Shown here piece by piece: positions 41,543 through 51,374 of a stretch of 64,000 nucleotides of DNA (within the stretch, counting starts at the first letter, position 1; every line of letters starts with the position of its first letter). The stretch spans positions 1,984,001 through 2,048,000 of the forward strand of contig OZ219866.1 in assembly GCA_964291675.2 (NCBI GenBank), given 5' to 3'. This DNA comes from Alphaproteobacteria bacterium (GTDB taxonomy: Bacteria; Pseudomonadota; Alphaproteobacteria; MPNO01). The notes under the pieces were generated by a model. It was not told where the DNA came from. It ran no database searches and saw only the letters and a list, made by a program, of their open reading frames with translations. Both the position numbers and the translations under genes were made by a program.

Positions 41543-42690
41543 TGCCCAAGCCCACCGGCGTGCCGCGCAACCTGACCGAACAGATCACCGGGCGGGAGCA
41601 GGGCGCGTCGCGGTTCCGCATCTACGACAGCCATCCGCTCGGGCTCCCCGAGTACTGGTATCCGATACTCTGGTCCAGAACCCTGAAGCCGCGCCGGGGC
41701 ATCGGGCTCACGCTGCTCGGCAAGGAGGTCGCGCTGTTCCGCGAGGGCGGCAGGGCCTACGCCCTCGACAACCGCTGCCCGCATCGCGGCGTGCCCATCG
41801 ACAACGCGCAGTGCGATTTCGCCGGCACCCGCACCTGCCCCTATCACGGCTGGGTGTTCGAGCTGGAGACCGGGCGGCTGCGCGCCGCGCTCACCGACGG
41901 GCCGGACTCCCCGATCGTGAAGAAGGGCAGCGTCCGCGTGCGCACCTACCCCGTCGAGGAGCGCTGCGGGCTGGTCTGGATCTATCTCGGGGACGGCGAG
42001 CCGCCGCCGGTCGAGGACGACATCCCCGACGAGTGGCTGCTGCCCACGGCGATCGTCACCGGGCGCATTTCCGAGCGCGCCGGCGACTGGCGCTACGCCG
42101 TCGAGAACGGCTACGACGAGGGGCACGTCAAGTACCTCCACCGCCGCGGCGTCTGGACCTTCTGGCGGCGCGCGCCCGGCTGGGGGTGGTCGGAGCCGCG
42201 CATCTCGGAGGACGGCAAGTGGTTGACGCGCGAGACCAGGGAAATCGGCTTCTGCGCCGAGTTTCCCGGGCTCGGCGTCTGGCCGCCGCAGAAATGGTAC
42301 AAGTGGCGCCCCGGCGCGCGCGGCATCAAGTTCCGCCTGCCCTGCACGCTCCGCGTGGCGTACCGGGCGTGGGCGCATTTCGAGTGGTACGTGCCGACCG
42401 AGCGCGGGCACCACCGCTATCTCCAGTTCATCTGCAAGCAGGCGAGCGGGCTTGCGGCGCTCTGGCACCGGATCAAGTACCTGCTCTACATCCGCCCGTT
42501 CTTCCACCACCAGTTCAACGACCAGGACGCCTGGATGGTGGAGAACATGGTGACGCCGCCGGAGATACTCTACCGGCCCGACGGCGCCATGCAGTCGGTG
42601 CGCCAGTACTACGAGGACACCGCGCGCGGCTTCGGACGCGAGCCCGTCGAGCGGTATCCCAGGGAAGGCAGCGGGCCGGGCGCCGACTAG
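41536..42690 (+). CDS. Rieske non-heme iron oxygenase, CarAa/OxoO (homotrimeric) family
   Basis: CPHRG...CPYHG Rieske motif, ENGYDEGHVKYLH, FEWYVP, FNDQD. Confidence 0.88.
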   Translation: MLMPKPTGVPRNLTEQITGREQGASRFRIYDSHPLGLPEYWYPILWSRTLKPRRGIGLTLLGKEVALFREGGRAYALDNRCPHRGVPIDNAQCDFAGTRTCPYHGWVFELETGRLRAALTDGPDSPIVKKGSVRVRTYPVEERCGLVWIYLGDGEPPPVEDDIPDEWLLPTAIVTGRISERAGDWRYAVENGYDEGHVKYLHRRGVWTFWRRAPGWGWSEPRISEDGKWLTRETREIGFCAEFPGLGVWPPQKWYKWRPGARGIKFRLPCTLRVAYRAWAHFEWYVPTERGHHRYLQFICKQASGLAALWHRIKYLLYIRPFFHHQFNDQDAWMVENMVTPPEILYRPDGAMQSVRQYYEDTARGFGREPVERYPREGSGPGAD

Positions 42691-42707
42691 GACGCAGGGG
42701 GACGGGC

Positions 42708-43532
42708 ATGGGCGAGAACGGCGGCAGATTCGTCCGCATCGACGGACACCGGATCCATATCGACGAGACGGGCGAGGGCTACCCGGTGATCTGCCTCCAC
42801 GGCGGCGGACCCGGCGCCGGCGGCCGCAGCAACTTCCGCTACAACGTGGACGCGGTCGCGGCGCGCTACCGCACGATCCTCATGGACATGCCGAATTTCG
42901 GCAAGTCCGACATGATCGTCTCCGACAAGGGCCGGCTCAGCCTGTGCGCCGACATGATCCGCGGGCTGATGGACGCGCTCGGCATCCCGAAGGCCCACTT
43001 CATCGGCAACTCGATGGGCGCCCAGAGCGTGTTCAAGTTCGCCCTCGACCATCCGGACCGTATCGACCGCTTCGTCGCCATCGGCAACACCACCTACACG
43101 CGCACCTTCTTCCAGCCGCGCCCGGCGGAGGGCATCAGGCTGATCGCCGAGTACTATCGCGGCGAAGGCCCCACCGAGGAGAAGATGCGCGCCCTCTTGA
43201 CCGCCATCGTCTACGACCCGTCCTTCATCACCGACCGGATCGTGAGAGAGCGCTACGAGGCGAGCGCCGAGCCCCGGGTGGTCGAGCTGTGGTCGAACAA
43301 CCCGCCAAAGCCCGAGGACATCGGCGACCGGCTGCACGAGGTACGCTGCCCGGTCCTGCTCATGTGGGGGTCGCAGGACCGTTTCTCGTCGCTGGATTCC
43401 GGCCTCTCCATGGTCAACATCCTCGCCGACGCGCGCATGCACATCTTCCCGCGCTGCGGCCACTGGGTGCAGGTGGAATGCGCCGAGGAGTTCAACGAGC
43501 TCGCGCTCGCCTTCCTCGCCCGCGAGTCGTGA
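42708..43532 (+). CDS. Meta-cleavage product C-C hydrolase (CarC/BphD/MhpC family)
   Basis: LHGGGPGA, GNSMG, CGHWVQ. Confidence 0.88.
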   Translation: MGENGGRFVRIDGHRIHIDETGEGYPVICLHGGGPGAGGRSNFRYNVDAVAARYRTILMDMPNFGKSDMIVSDKGRLSLCADMIRGLMDALGIPKAHFIGNSMGAQSVFKFALDHPDRIDRFVAIGNTTYTRTFFQPRPAEGIRLIAEYYRGEGPTEEKMRALLTAIVYDPSFITDRIVRERYEASAEPRVVELWSNNPPKPEDIGDRLHEVRCPVLLMWGSQDRFSSLDSGLSMVNILADARMHIFPRCGHWVQVECAEEFNELALAFLARES

Positions 43533-43542
43533 GAGCGGGCGG

Positions 43543-43794
43543 GTGAGCCGCTACGAGCTCAACCGGGCGATGTACGAGGGCACGCGCGACCGGTCGATCG
43601 CCGACAAGGCGGAGTTTCTCGCGGCCTACGCGCTCGACGAGGCGGAGCGGCGGGCGCTGGCCGCGCCCAACTTCGCGGCGATCCTCGATCTCGGCGGGCT
43701 GCCCAACCTGGTCTACCGGTACTACCGGGCGCACGGGCTCGCATTCGAGGCGTTCTCCGAGCGCCTCGGCCGCGACCGCGCGGAGCTCGGCTAG
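43543..43794 (+). CDS. LigA/CarBa-like small subunit of class III extradiol dioxygenase
   Basis: 83 aa helical protein directly before a LigB-like gene; Y.L...ER.AL, G.LPNL. Confidence 0.7.
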   Translation: MSRYELNRAMYEGTRDRSIADKAEFLAAYALDEAERRALAAPNFAAILDLGGLPNLVYRYYRAHGLAFEAFSERLGRDRAELG

Positions 43795-44634
43795 ATGGCG
43801 CGCCTGGTCCTCGGCATCGCGACCACCCATATCGCCGCGATCGCGCGGACCCCGCAAATCGCCGCGCCGGACGAAGCGGCGCGGTTTCGGGCAGGCTTCC
43901 AGACGCTCGCCCGCGCGCTCGCGCGGGCTCGGCCCGACGTGCTCGTCGTGATCTCGCCCGACCACGTCAACCGCTTCTTCCTCGACAACATGCCCGCCTT
44001 CTGCATCGGCCTGAGGGACAGCTTCGAGGGGCCGGCCGAGCAGGGTACGGGGATCCCGCGCCGGCGCCTCGCCGGCCATGCGGGGCTGGCGACCGGCATT
44101 CTGGAACACGGGCTGGCGCACGGGATCGACTGGTCCCGCGCCGAGGACTGGGTGCTCGACCACGGATTCATGGTTCCGCTGCACATGCTCGACCCCGAGG
44201 GGCGTCTCCCGGTGGTGCCCGTGAACGTCAACTGCGCCGCCCCGCCGCTGCCGGGCATCGCCCGCTGTCACGCCGTCGGCGCGCTGCTGGGCGAGGCGAT
44301 CCGGGCGGCGGATGACCGTCTTCGCGTCGCCGTCGTCGCCGCCGGCGGGCTCTCCCACTCGCCGGGCGACGAGCGCATGGGGTTTATCGATTCCGGGTTC
44401 GACGAGCGCTTTCTCGGTCTGCTCGAGGCGGGGAAGACCGCCGACATCCTCGCGCTCACCGATGCCGAGATCGACGCCGCCGGGACCTCGACCGCCGAGA
44501 TCCGGAGCTGGATCGTGCTTTACGGCGCGCTCGGGAACCGGCCCTTCCGCCGGGTCCACTACGAGGCGATCGCCGCCTACGGCACCGGCTGCGGCCAGTG
44601 CCTGGTAGAGCCCGCGACCGGAGATCCGGGATAG
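43795..44634 (+). CDS. LigB/CarBb-like class III extradiol dioxygenase
   Basis: TTH, SPDH, FFLDNMPAF, LDHG, GLSH, EIRSW. Confidence 0.9.
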   Translation: MARLVLGIATTHIAAIARTPQIAAPDEAARFRAGFQTLARALARARPDVLVVISPDHVNRFFLDNMPAFCIGLRDSFEGPAEQGTGIPRRRLAGHAGLATGILEHGLAHGIDWSRAEDWVLDHGFMVPLHMLDPEGRLPVVPVNVNCAAPPLPGIARCHAVGALLGEAIRAADDRLRVAVVAAGGLSHSPGDERMGFIDSGFDERFLGLLEAGKTADILALTDAEIDAAGTSTAEIRSWIVLYGALGNRPFRRVHYEAIAAYGTGCGQCLVEPATGDPG

Positions 44635-44662
44635 ATGACTTTGGCAACCATGATGACGATAG

Positions 44663-45231
44663 TTACAGATTTGCCGAAAACCGCGCCAGTTCGGCGGCTG
44701 TCGCTTCGAGTCCCAGTCCCGCGAGGATGGCGCGATAGTCGTGAACTGAGATAGGCGGCGCTACCAGCCGGATTCGTATCTTGCGCACAGCGTCGCAGAA
44801 GGGGCCGGGCATCAGGTCAAGGTGATCGGACAGAAAGTTGTCGGGGTGCAGGATTTCGATCCCGTAGGGTGCGACCGCGTCCTCCGGGAAGTCTCGCAGG
44901 TTGCAGGTAACGATCGCGTCGCAGCATCCGACGATCGCGCGGCAAGAACATGACGATCGTCGGGATCGGGAAGATCGAGCGCGGGAATCAACGGTTCGTA
45001 TCCGGTGACCAGACAGTCCCGCGTGGCTTGGTCCATGCGACGGCGGGTGTGTTCGAGGGTCGCTCGATCCCGGTGAGGTTCGTTGCGGATCAGGGCGTCG
45101 ATCCACTCCCGATGGATGTCGGCGGTCCACTTCGCGCGAAAGACATCGTCAGCCGCCAACTGCAGGAAAATATCCCGCATCGGTGCGGGATAGAGGATGT
45201 TGGCGTCGAGAAGGGCGGTGACGCCCGTCAC
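44663..45231 (-). pseudogene. PIN domain (VapC-like) toxin, frameshifted near 44938
   Basis: LLDANIL...LPDPDDRHVLAA in one frame continues as AIVGCCDAIVTCNLRDFP in another; one missing G restores HVLAAAIVG. Confidence 0.8.
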
Positions 45232-45692
45232 CGGGCGCCATATCCCATGTCGTGAGCCTGGGCGTCCCGGGTTAGTTGCTCAAGCACCTGCTCGCGTTCA
45301 CGGTCGATGGCATTCTTGTATGCCATGACATCCTCCATGCGAATCCGGCGGTGCCTGCCGACCTTCCGATGCGGGATGGCCCTCCGGTCGAGGAGCTTGA
45401 TGAGGAACGGACGGGAGACGTTCAATATGTCGGCCGCCTGAACCGTGGTGAGTTCGGCGCTTTCCGGAATCAGCGTCACGCCCTGGCCCGCGGCCATGGC
45501 TTCCAAGACATGTATGAGCAGGTCGACCGCACCGGTCGGGAGATCGATCGGCTGTTCCTGTTCGCCGTCTCTGACGCGCAGCTTCAAGGGCCGGTCCATC
45601 CCGCCATAGGGAGACAGAGCCTCGTGAGTGCTTCGTGCGATCGCAGCGTCCCGAGGCGTAGGCGGGAGCTGCCGATGAGCCAGCGTGTTCAT
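45228..45692 (-). CDS. Excisionase-like HTH DNA-binding protein (putative antitoxin of the PIN toxin)
   Basis: ELTTVQAADILNVSRPFLIKLL, KVGRHRRI; GTGA overlap with the PIN gene. Confidence 0.88.
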   Translation of the reverse strand: MNTLAHRQLPPTPRDAAIARSTHEALSPYGGMDRPLKLRVRDGEQEQPIDLPTGAVDLLIHVLEAMAAGQGVTLIPESAELTTVQAADILNVSRPFLIKLLDRRAIPHRKVGRHRRIRMEDVMAYKNAIDREREQVLEQLTRDAQAHDMGYGAR

Positions 45693-45822
45693 GCATGCCT
45701 CCTTGGAAGGCGTGAATCCGCAGAGTGAAGATATTTGTATGAAATAAATGAAGCTATCGAAGCAAATGTCAACGGCGCTTGGGTCGAGGCGTGGGTCCGA
45801 GCGTCGGCTGCATTCACTCGGG

Positions 45823-45862
45823 TTGTATCCCCAGAGCTCCTACACCGCCTCTGGGGATACAA
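45823..45862. repeat. Perfect 14-bp inverted repeat
   Basis: TTGTATCCCCAGAG (45823-45836), 12-nt loop, CTCTGGGGATACAA (45849-45862). Confidence 0.9.
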
Positions 45863-45874
45863 TCTCCGTAAGAA

Positions 45875-45891
45875 ATTTCAGTGCACGAAAT
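45875..45891. promoter_or_regulatory. Candidate operator palindrome upstream of the cupin operon
   Basis: ATTTC-AGTGCAC-GAAAT in an AT-rich intergenic patch. Confidence 0.4.
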
Positions 45892-46050
45892 ATGGGGCGA
45901 GCGTGTGGCAGCGATCGCCATCCTTCCGGCCGGTTTCTTGTCCGCCGGCGGGGGCGGTGATACCGTGATCCGCGCGGGGTATTGCGGCTGTCGGCCCGGA
46001 AACGCGCCTGTCCGCCCTCGCTTGAGGTGGCAAGTTCGGGGACCGGAACG

Positions 46051-46464
46051 ATGGCCGAAGCAAGGCCCTTCTTCACCAACATTCACCAGGCGCCGACCCG
46101 GAACATGAAGCTGGGGCGGGGCACCGGGATCAAGCTGGTCAACCCCGAGATGGGCTGCCGGAAGGTCGACGTCCACATCAACGTCATCAACGACGACTCA
46201 GGCCCCGGCGAGGTCCATTTCCACGAGAACGCCGACAACGTCTACATCGTCCTCGACGGCGTGCTCGAGGTCGTGGTCGAGGGCGAGCGCCATCTCCTGC
46301 ACAAGGACGATGTCGGCTACATCCCGGCCGGGGTGGTGCACACCGCCGGAAGCGCCGGCGGGCACGGCCCGACGCGGGTCATCGAAATCTACGCGCCCGG
46401 CGGCTACGACTTTCACGAAGTCGAAAGCTTCGACAACCCCGTCGAGATCGCGCCGTCGTCCTGA
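46051..46464 (+). CDS. Cupin domain protein
   Basis: HFH...D..YIVLDG and IPAGVVH motifs. Confidence 0.88.
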   Translation: MAEARPFFTNIHQAPTRNMKLGRGTGIKLVNPEMGCRKVDVHINVINDDSGPGEVHFHENADNVYIVLDGVLEVVVEGERHLLHKDDVGYIPAGVVHTAGSAGGHGPTRVIEIYAPGGYDFHEVESFDNPVEIAPSS

Positions 46465-46478
46465 ACGGCCCCCGGAGG

Positions 46479-47327
46479 ATGCGGATGACGGAAATTTCGA
46501 CCGTCTTCGTCGAGGGGACGCCGCGGCTTGCCGTCGACCGGGCCGGGTCGGGTCCGCTGGCGTTCTTCCTGCACGGTATCGGCGGCAACCGGACCAACTG
46601 GACTGCGCAGATCGAAGCGCTCGCCGACTCCTTCCATGCCGTCGCCTGGGACGCGCGCGGCTACGGCGATTCCGACGACTACGAGGGCGCGCTCGATTTC
46701 GGCGATTTCGCGCGCGATGCGCTCAGGGTGCTCGACCGCTTCGGCGCCGAGCGGGCGCATTTCGTCGGGCTCTCGATGGGCGGGCGGATCGCCCAGGATT
46801 TTTGCGCCCGATACCCCGACCGGGTCGCCACGCTGGTGCTGTGCGACACGATGTCGGATTTCCGGGGGTCGATGACGCCCGAGAAGCGCGCCGAGTTCAT
46901 CCGGCTGCGCCAGGCGCCGCTCAAGGCGGGCAAGGAGCCGCGCGACATCGCCGACGCGCTGGTGGACAGCCTGACCGGACCCGGCGCAAGCGAGGCCGCG
47001 CGCCGGCGGCTGTGGGACAGCATCGCCGCGCTCCACAAGGACTCTTATCTCAAGACCATCGAGGCCTCGCTCTCCTTCGACCGGTCCGCCGAAATCGACC
47101 GGATATCGGTTCCGACGCTGCTGCTCTACGGCGAGCATGACCGGCTCACCCCGCCCGGCATCGGACAGGCTTTGCACCGACGCATCGCCGGCTCGGAGTT
47201 CGCGGTGATCGAGGATGCCGGACATCTTTGCAACATCGAACGGCCCGAGGCTTTCAACGCCGTGCTCCGCGCCTTCCTCGCCAGGCATCGCGACCGCGCC
47301 GAACCCACAGGGAGGACAGCAGAATGA
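46479..47327 (+). CDS. Alpha/beta hydrolase (enol-lactonase-like)
   Basis: LHGIGG, GLSMG, GHLCNIE. Confidence 0.88.
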   Translation: MRMTEISTVFVEGTPRLAVDRAGSGPLAFFLHGIGGNRTNWTAQIEALADSFHAVAWDARGYGDSDDYEGALDFGDFARDALRVLDRFGAERAHFVGLSMGGRIAQDFCARYPDRVATLVLCDTMSDFRGSMTPEKRAEFIRLRQAPLKAGKEPRDIADALVDSLTGPGASEAARRRLWDSIAALHKDSYLKTIEASLSFDRSAEIDRISVPTLLLYGEHDRLTPPGIGQALHRRIAGSEFAVIEDAGHLCNIERPEAFNAVLRAFLARHRDRAEPTGRTAE

Positions 47328-49480
47328 ACCCCGATCTCCTCGTCCCGGATGCGACCGAAAGATGCGCCGCCCTGAGGCCGGCGGGCGGGACCGACGGCTT
47401 GGCGGTCGGCGCCCTGGTCGGCCCGGACGAGACGGCGACGCCGCTCGCCCGGCGTCTCGACGGCGCCGCCGTCCGGGTGCGGGGCTATCTCGCGCCGTCG
47501 CTCAGCCCCCGGGCGGGACGCTTTCTGCTCACCGAGGCTTCGCTCGCGCCCTGCAATCTCTGCGGCAACATCCACGGCGTCGCCGTCGGCCTCGCCGTCG
47601 AGCCGTCCGAGCCCCGGGCGGCCGATATCGCGATGCACGAGGCGGTGGAGGTCGCCGGCGTGCTTGCTCTCGGCGCGCCCGAGGCCGCCGGTCCGATCCG
47701 CGACTTCGCGCTCCGCGACTGCACCGTGGCCCGCCTCCCGCAACCCGATCCCGCGGCGGGATCGGAGGCGAGGACCTGGCTCCGCCGCTTTCTCGACGAG
47801 CGCTCGGACGCCGCCCCGCGGACCCGTCCGCTGCGCCCGGCGCGGCCGGTAACCGGCGCCGGTCCCGCCGATACCGTGCTCACCAACGGCCACGTCCGCA
47901 CCGTCGACCGGGTCTCGACCACGGCCGAGGCGGTCGCCATACGCGGCGGGCGCTTCATCGCCGTGGGCGACGCGGACGAGGTCGCGGCCCATGCGGGGCC
48001 GGATACCGAGATCCTCGACCTCGGGGGGCGGACCGCGGTGCCGGGGCTGATCGATTCCCACATCCACCAGTTCTATCTCGGCCTCAATCTGCCGACGGTG
48101 CAGCTGCTCGACGCGCGCTCGGTCGCCGACGTGCAGGCGCGGATCGCCGAGCGGGCCGCCGCGACGCCCGACGGCGAGTGGATCGTCGGCACCTCGGGCT
48201 GGCACGAGAGCCTGCTCGCCGAGGGGCGCATGCCCACCCGCTGGGAGCTCGACGAGGCCGCGCCCGACAACCCGGTGATCGTGCCGCGCGGCGGCCATGT
48301 CGTGACCGTCAACTCGAAGGCGCTGGAACGCGCCGGCATCGCCGACGACACGCCCGATCCCGTGGGCGGCGTGATCGTGCGCGATCCGGCGAGCGGCGCG
48401 GCCACCGGCGTGCTGCTCGAAAGCGCCGCCTATTTCGCGCGCCGAGTCGCGCCCCTGACCCCGCCCGAGGACGAGATGGCGGACCTCCTGAAGGCGGCGA
48501 TGAAGGAGCTCAACGCCTACGGCATCGTCAGCGTGACCGACCCGGTGATCGACGAGACCAGCATGGCGGTCTACCGCCGGCTGCGCGACGAGGACGCGAT
48601 CACCGTCCGCACGGAGCTGCTCTACAAGGCCGCCGACAGGGCAGGCACCGAGCGCGGCATCGCCGCCATGCAGGCGGAGACCGGCGACGACATGCTCTGC
48701 TTCGCCGGCATCAAGTTCATGCTCGACGGCGGCGTCGAGGGGGCGAGGCTGCGCGAGCCCTACCGCATCGTGCCGGGCGAACAGCCGCACGCGGATTACC
48801 GCGGCCTGCTGATGACCCCGCCCGGCGGCGAGGAAGAGTTCGTCGAGTGCCTGAAGCTGGTGGCCGAGGCCGGGATGCAGGCCCAGACCCATGGCGTGGG
48901 CGACGAGGCGATCGACGTCATCATCCGCTGCTACGCGGCGGTGGCCGAGCAAATCCCCATCGCCGATCTGCGCTGGACCCTGATGCACGTGTTCCTGCCG
49001 ACCGACGAGGCGATCGAGACCATGCGCCGCATCGGCGTGCTCGCGACGGTGCAGGATCACCCGGTCTTGCTCGGCCACAACCAGCGCCGCTGGTGGGGCG
49101 ACGAGAGGGCGGCGGCGGCGATACCGATCCGCCGGCTGATCGATTCCGGGCTGCTGGTCGGCGGCGGCACCGACGGTCCCGTGGTGCCGGTCGATCCGTT
49201 CCTGTCGATGTGGTGGATGGTCACGCGCGGGACGCTGCTGGGCTATACGCTCGGCGCCGACCAGGCGATCTCCGCCGCCGAGGCGCTGGAGCTCTACACC
49301 GTCAACAACGCGCGGATCATGGGCGTCGAGGACGAGCGCGGATCGATCGAGCCCGGCAAGCAGGCCGACCTCGCGGTCCTGTCGCAGGACATCGTCGAAA
49401 TCGAGGCGGACGAGATCCGTAATACCCGTGCCCTGCTCACCATGGTCGGCGGCAAGGTGGTCCATCGCGACGGCATGTGA
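47324..49480 (+). CDS. YtcJ-like amidohydrolase (Amidohydro_3) with an extra N-terminal CxxC domain
   Basis: PGLIDSHIH, KFMLDGG, HGVGD, GGTDGP, GSIEPGKQAD; N-terminal ~170 aa with VRVRGYLAP, FLLT, CNLC. Confidence 0.85.
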   Translation: MNPDLLVPDATERCAALRPAGGTDGLAVGALVGPDETATPLARRLDGAAVRVRGYLAPSLSPRAGRFLLTEASLAPCNLCGNIHGVAVGLAVEPSEPRAADIAMHEAVEVAGVLALGAPEAAGPIRDFALRDCTVARLPQPDPAAGSEARTWLRRFLDERSDAAPRTRPLRPARPVTGAGPADTVLTNGHVRTVDRVSTTAEAVAIRGGRFIAVGDADEVAAHAGPDTEILDLGGRTAVPGLIDSHIHQFYLGLNLPTVQLLDARSVADVQARIAERAAATPDGEWIVGTSGWHESLLAEGRMPTRWELDEAAPDNPVIVPRGGHVVTVNSKALERAGIADDTPDPVGGVIVRDPASGAATGVLLESAAYFARRVAPLTPPEDEMADLLKAAMKELNAYGIVSVTDPVIDETSMAVYRRLRDEDAITVRTELLYKAADRAGTERGIAAMQAETGDDMLCFAGIKFMLDGGVEGARLREPYRIVPGEQPHADYRGLLMTPPGGEEEFVECLKLVAEAGMQAQTHGVGDEAIDVIIRCYAAVAEQIPIADLRWTLMHVFLPTDEAIETMRRIGVLATVQDHPVLLGHNQRRWWGDERAAAAIPIRRLIDSGLLVGGGTDGPVVPVDPFLSMWWMVTRGTLLGYTLGADQAISAAEALELYTVNNARIMGVEDERGSIEPGKQADLAVLSQDIVEIEADEIRNTRALLTMVGGKVVHRDGM

Positions 49481-49583
49481 GGCCGCGCGCCATCGCTCCC
49501 TCTTTGGCCTGCGGGCTTCCCCCGGCTTGTGCCGGCGGCGGCGGGGTGGAACACTTGGCCGCCATGCAAACGGGCGCGGACAG

Positions 49584-50381
49584 TTGACGGAAAGCGTCAT
49601 CGCCTTTCGCGGGGTCGAGGTCGGTTTCGCCGCCGAGACGATCTATGACGACCTCAGCTTCGACGTCCGGGAGGGCGAGTTCTTCTGCATTCTCGGCCCG
49701 TCCGGCTGCGGCAAGTCGACCTCGCTCAGGGTGATGGGCGATTTGCTGCGCGCATCGGGCGGCGCGGTCCTGGTGGACGGGCGCCCGCCCGACGAGGCCT
49801 GGCAGGAGATCGCCTATATCTTCCAGTCGCCCCGCCTGGTTCCCTGGCGGGACGCGCTCGGCAATGTCGTGCTCGGCATGGAGCTGCGTTTCGACCGCAT
49901 GCCGAAGGCCGCGATGGAGGAACGGGCGCGCGACCTGCTCGCCCTGGTCGGGCTCGCCGCCGACATGCACAAATTTCCGTCGATGCTGTCCGGCGGGGAG
50001 CGTCAGCGCGTGGCGATCGCCCGCGCCCTGTCGGTCGATCCGAAGATCGTGCTGATGGACGAGCCGTTCTCGGCGCTCGACCTCAACACCAGGCGGCGCC
50101 TGCGCGAAGAGATCGTCTCGATCTGGCAGAAGACCGGGAAGACCATCGTGTTCGTCACCCACGATATCGACGAGGCGCTGGTGCTGGCGGACCGGGTGCT
50201 GCTGCTCTCCAACAAGCCGACCCGCATTCTCGACACCATCGAGATCGCCGAGGACCGGCCGCGCGCGATCGAGGGCTCCGCCGGCCTCAGGGCGCACAAG
50301 GCGCATCTTCACGCGCTGTTTCGCACGCTCGCACCCGATGCGACGGAACCAGTCGAACACCAGATGGAGGCAAGACCATGA
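49584..50381 (+). CDS. ABC transporter ATP-binding protein (NitT/TauT/SsuB type)
   Basis: GPSGCGKS, LSGGERQR, MDEPF, VTHD. Confidence 0.93.
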   Translation: MTESVIAFRGVEVGFAAETIYDDLSFDVREGEFFCILGPSGCGKSTSLRVMGDLLRASGGAVLVDGRPPDEAWQEIAYIFQSPRLVPWRDALGNVVLGMELRFDRMPKAAMEERARDLLALVGLAADMHKFPSMLSGGERQRVAIARALSVDPKIVLMDEPFSALDLNTRRRLREEIVSIWQKTGKTIVFVTHDIDEALVLADRVLLLSNKPTRILDTIEIAEDRPRAIEGSAGLRAHKAHLHALFRTLAPDATEPVEHQMEARP

Positions 50382-51358
50382 AGCGGTTGCTGCTCGGAAC
50401 GCTCGCCGCCTTCGCGCTCGGCGCGACGCCGGGGGCCGGGGCGAAGGAAACGATCACCTACGCCTATCTGATCGAGCCGGCGATGGAAGGCGTGCTCTAC
50501 GGGATCAAGAGCGGGGTCGTGAAATCCGACACGATCGAGATCGAGATGTCCTCGCTCGGCATCCCGGCGCTGATCCAGTCGACCCCGACCCGGCGCTACG
50601 ACGTGATCATGAACGCCGTGATGTCGATCCCGCGGGCCCAGGCCCGCGGCCTGCAGCTCGTCGTGCTCTCGACCGCGCTGCGCTCGCCCGCGGGGCGCGA
50701 GGGCGGCGCCATCTGGGTCAAGGCCGACAGCCCCTACAAGACCGTCGCCGACCTCAAGGGCAAGCGGATGGGCAATGTCGCCCTGCAGTCGACCGGGACG
50801 ACATGGCAGCGCATCGCGCTCTGGAAGAAGCACGGCATCAACGTCTCCTACAAGGGCGGCGACTTCAAATGGGTCCAGATGCCGGCGCCGGCGCTGCTCG
50901 GCGCGCTGGAGGCCGGACGGGTCGATGCCGCCGGGCTGATCCACTCCCAGGCCTACAAGGCCGACAAGTCCGGCAAGTACCGTGTCGTGGCCTATACCAG
51001 CCGCGACATCCACGAGCTCTTCGGGGTCGACGTGGTCCCGGCGGTCAATGTGAGCTACCCCAACAAGCTTGAGGCCCGCCCCGCCGCGTTCCGGGAGTTC
51101 AACCGGATGCTCAAGGCCTCGGTCGACTACGCGCTCGCCAATCGCCGCAAGGTTGGCGAGGCGATCAGCAAGGAGCACAACATCTCGCCCGATTTCTTCG
51201 AGGCTTGGCTGACCCGCTTCTCGTTCTTCCCGGCGACCGTGAGCGAGGCCGATGCCAAGGCGTTCGAGACCGTCTGGCAGGGCGCCAAGGAGCTCGGCAT
51301 CCTGAAGAGCTACCCGAAGGCCGAGACGGTCATCTGGGAGCACGCGATCAGGGACTAG
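50378..51358 (+). CDS. ABC substrate-binding protein (NitT/TauT type)
   Basis: Signal peptide, SP..TVADLKGKR, operon context. Confidence 0.85.
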   Translation: MKRLLLGTLAAFALGATPGAGAKETITYAYLIEPAMEGVLYGIKSGVVKSDTIEIEMSSLGIPALIQSTPTRRYDVIMNAVMSIPRAQARGLQLVVLSTALRSPAGREGGAIWVKADSPYKTVADLKGKRMGNVALQSTGTTWQRIALWKKHGINVSYKGGDFKWVQMPAPALLGALEAGRVDAAGLIHSQAYKADKSGKYRVVAYTSRDIHELFGVDVVPAVNVSYPNKLEARPAAFREFNRMLKASVDYALANRRKVGEAISKEHNISPDFFEAWLTRFSFFPATVSEADAKAFETVWQGAKELGILKSYPKAETVIWEHAIRD

Positions 51359-51374
51359 CCCCGGCTCCCGAACC

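Noticed and set aside
45228-45692. Prophage excisionase
   Set aside because: Coupled to a PIN gene as in TA pairs; no integrase or phage genes nearby
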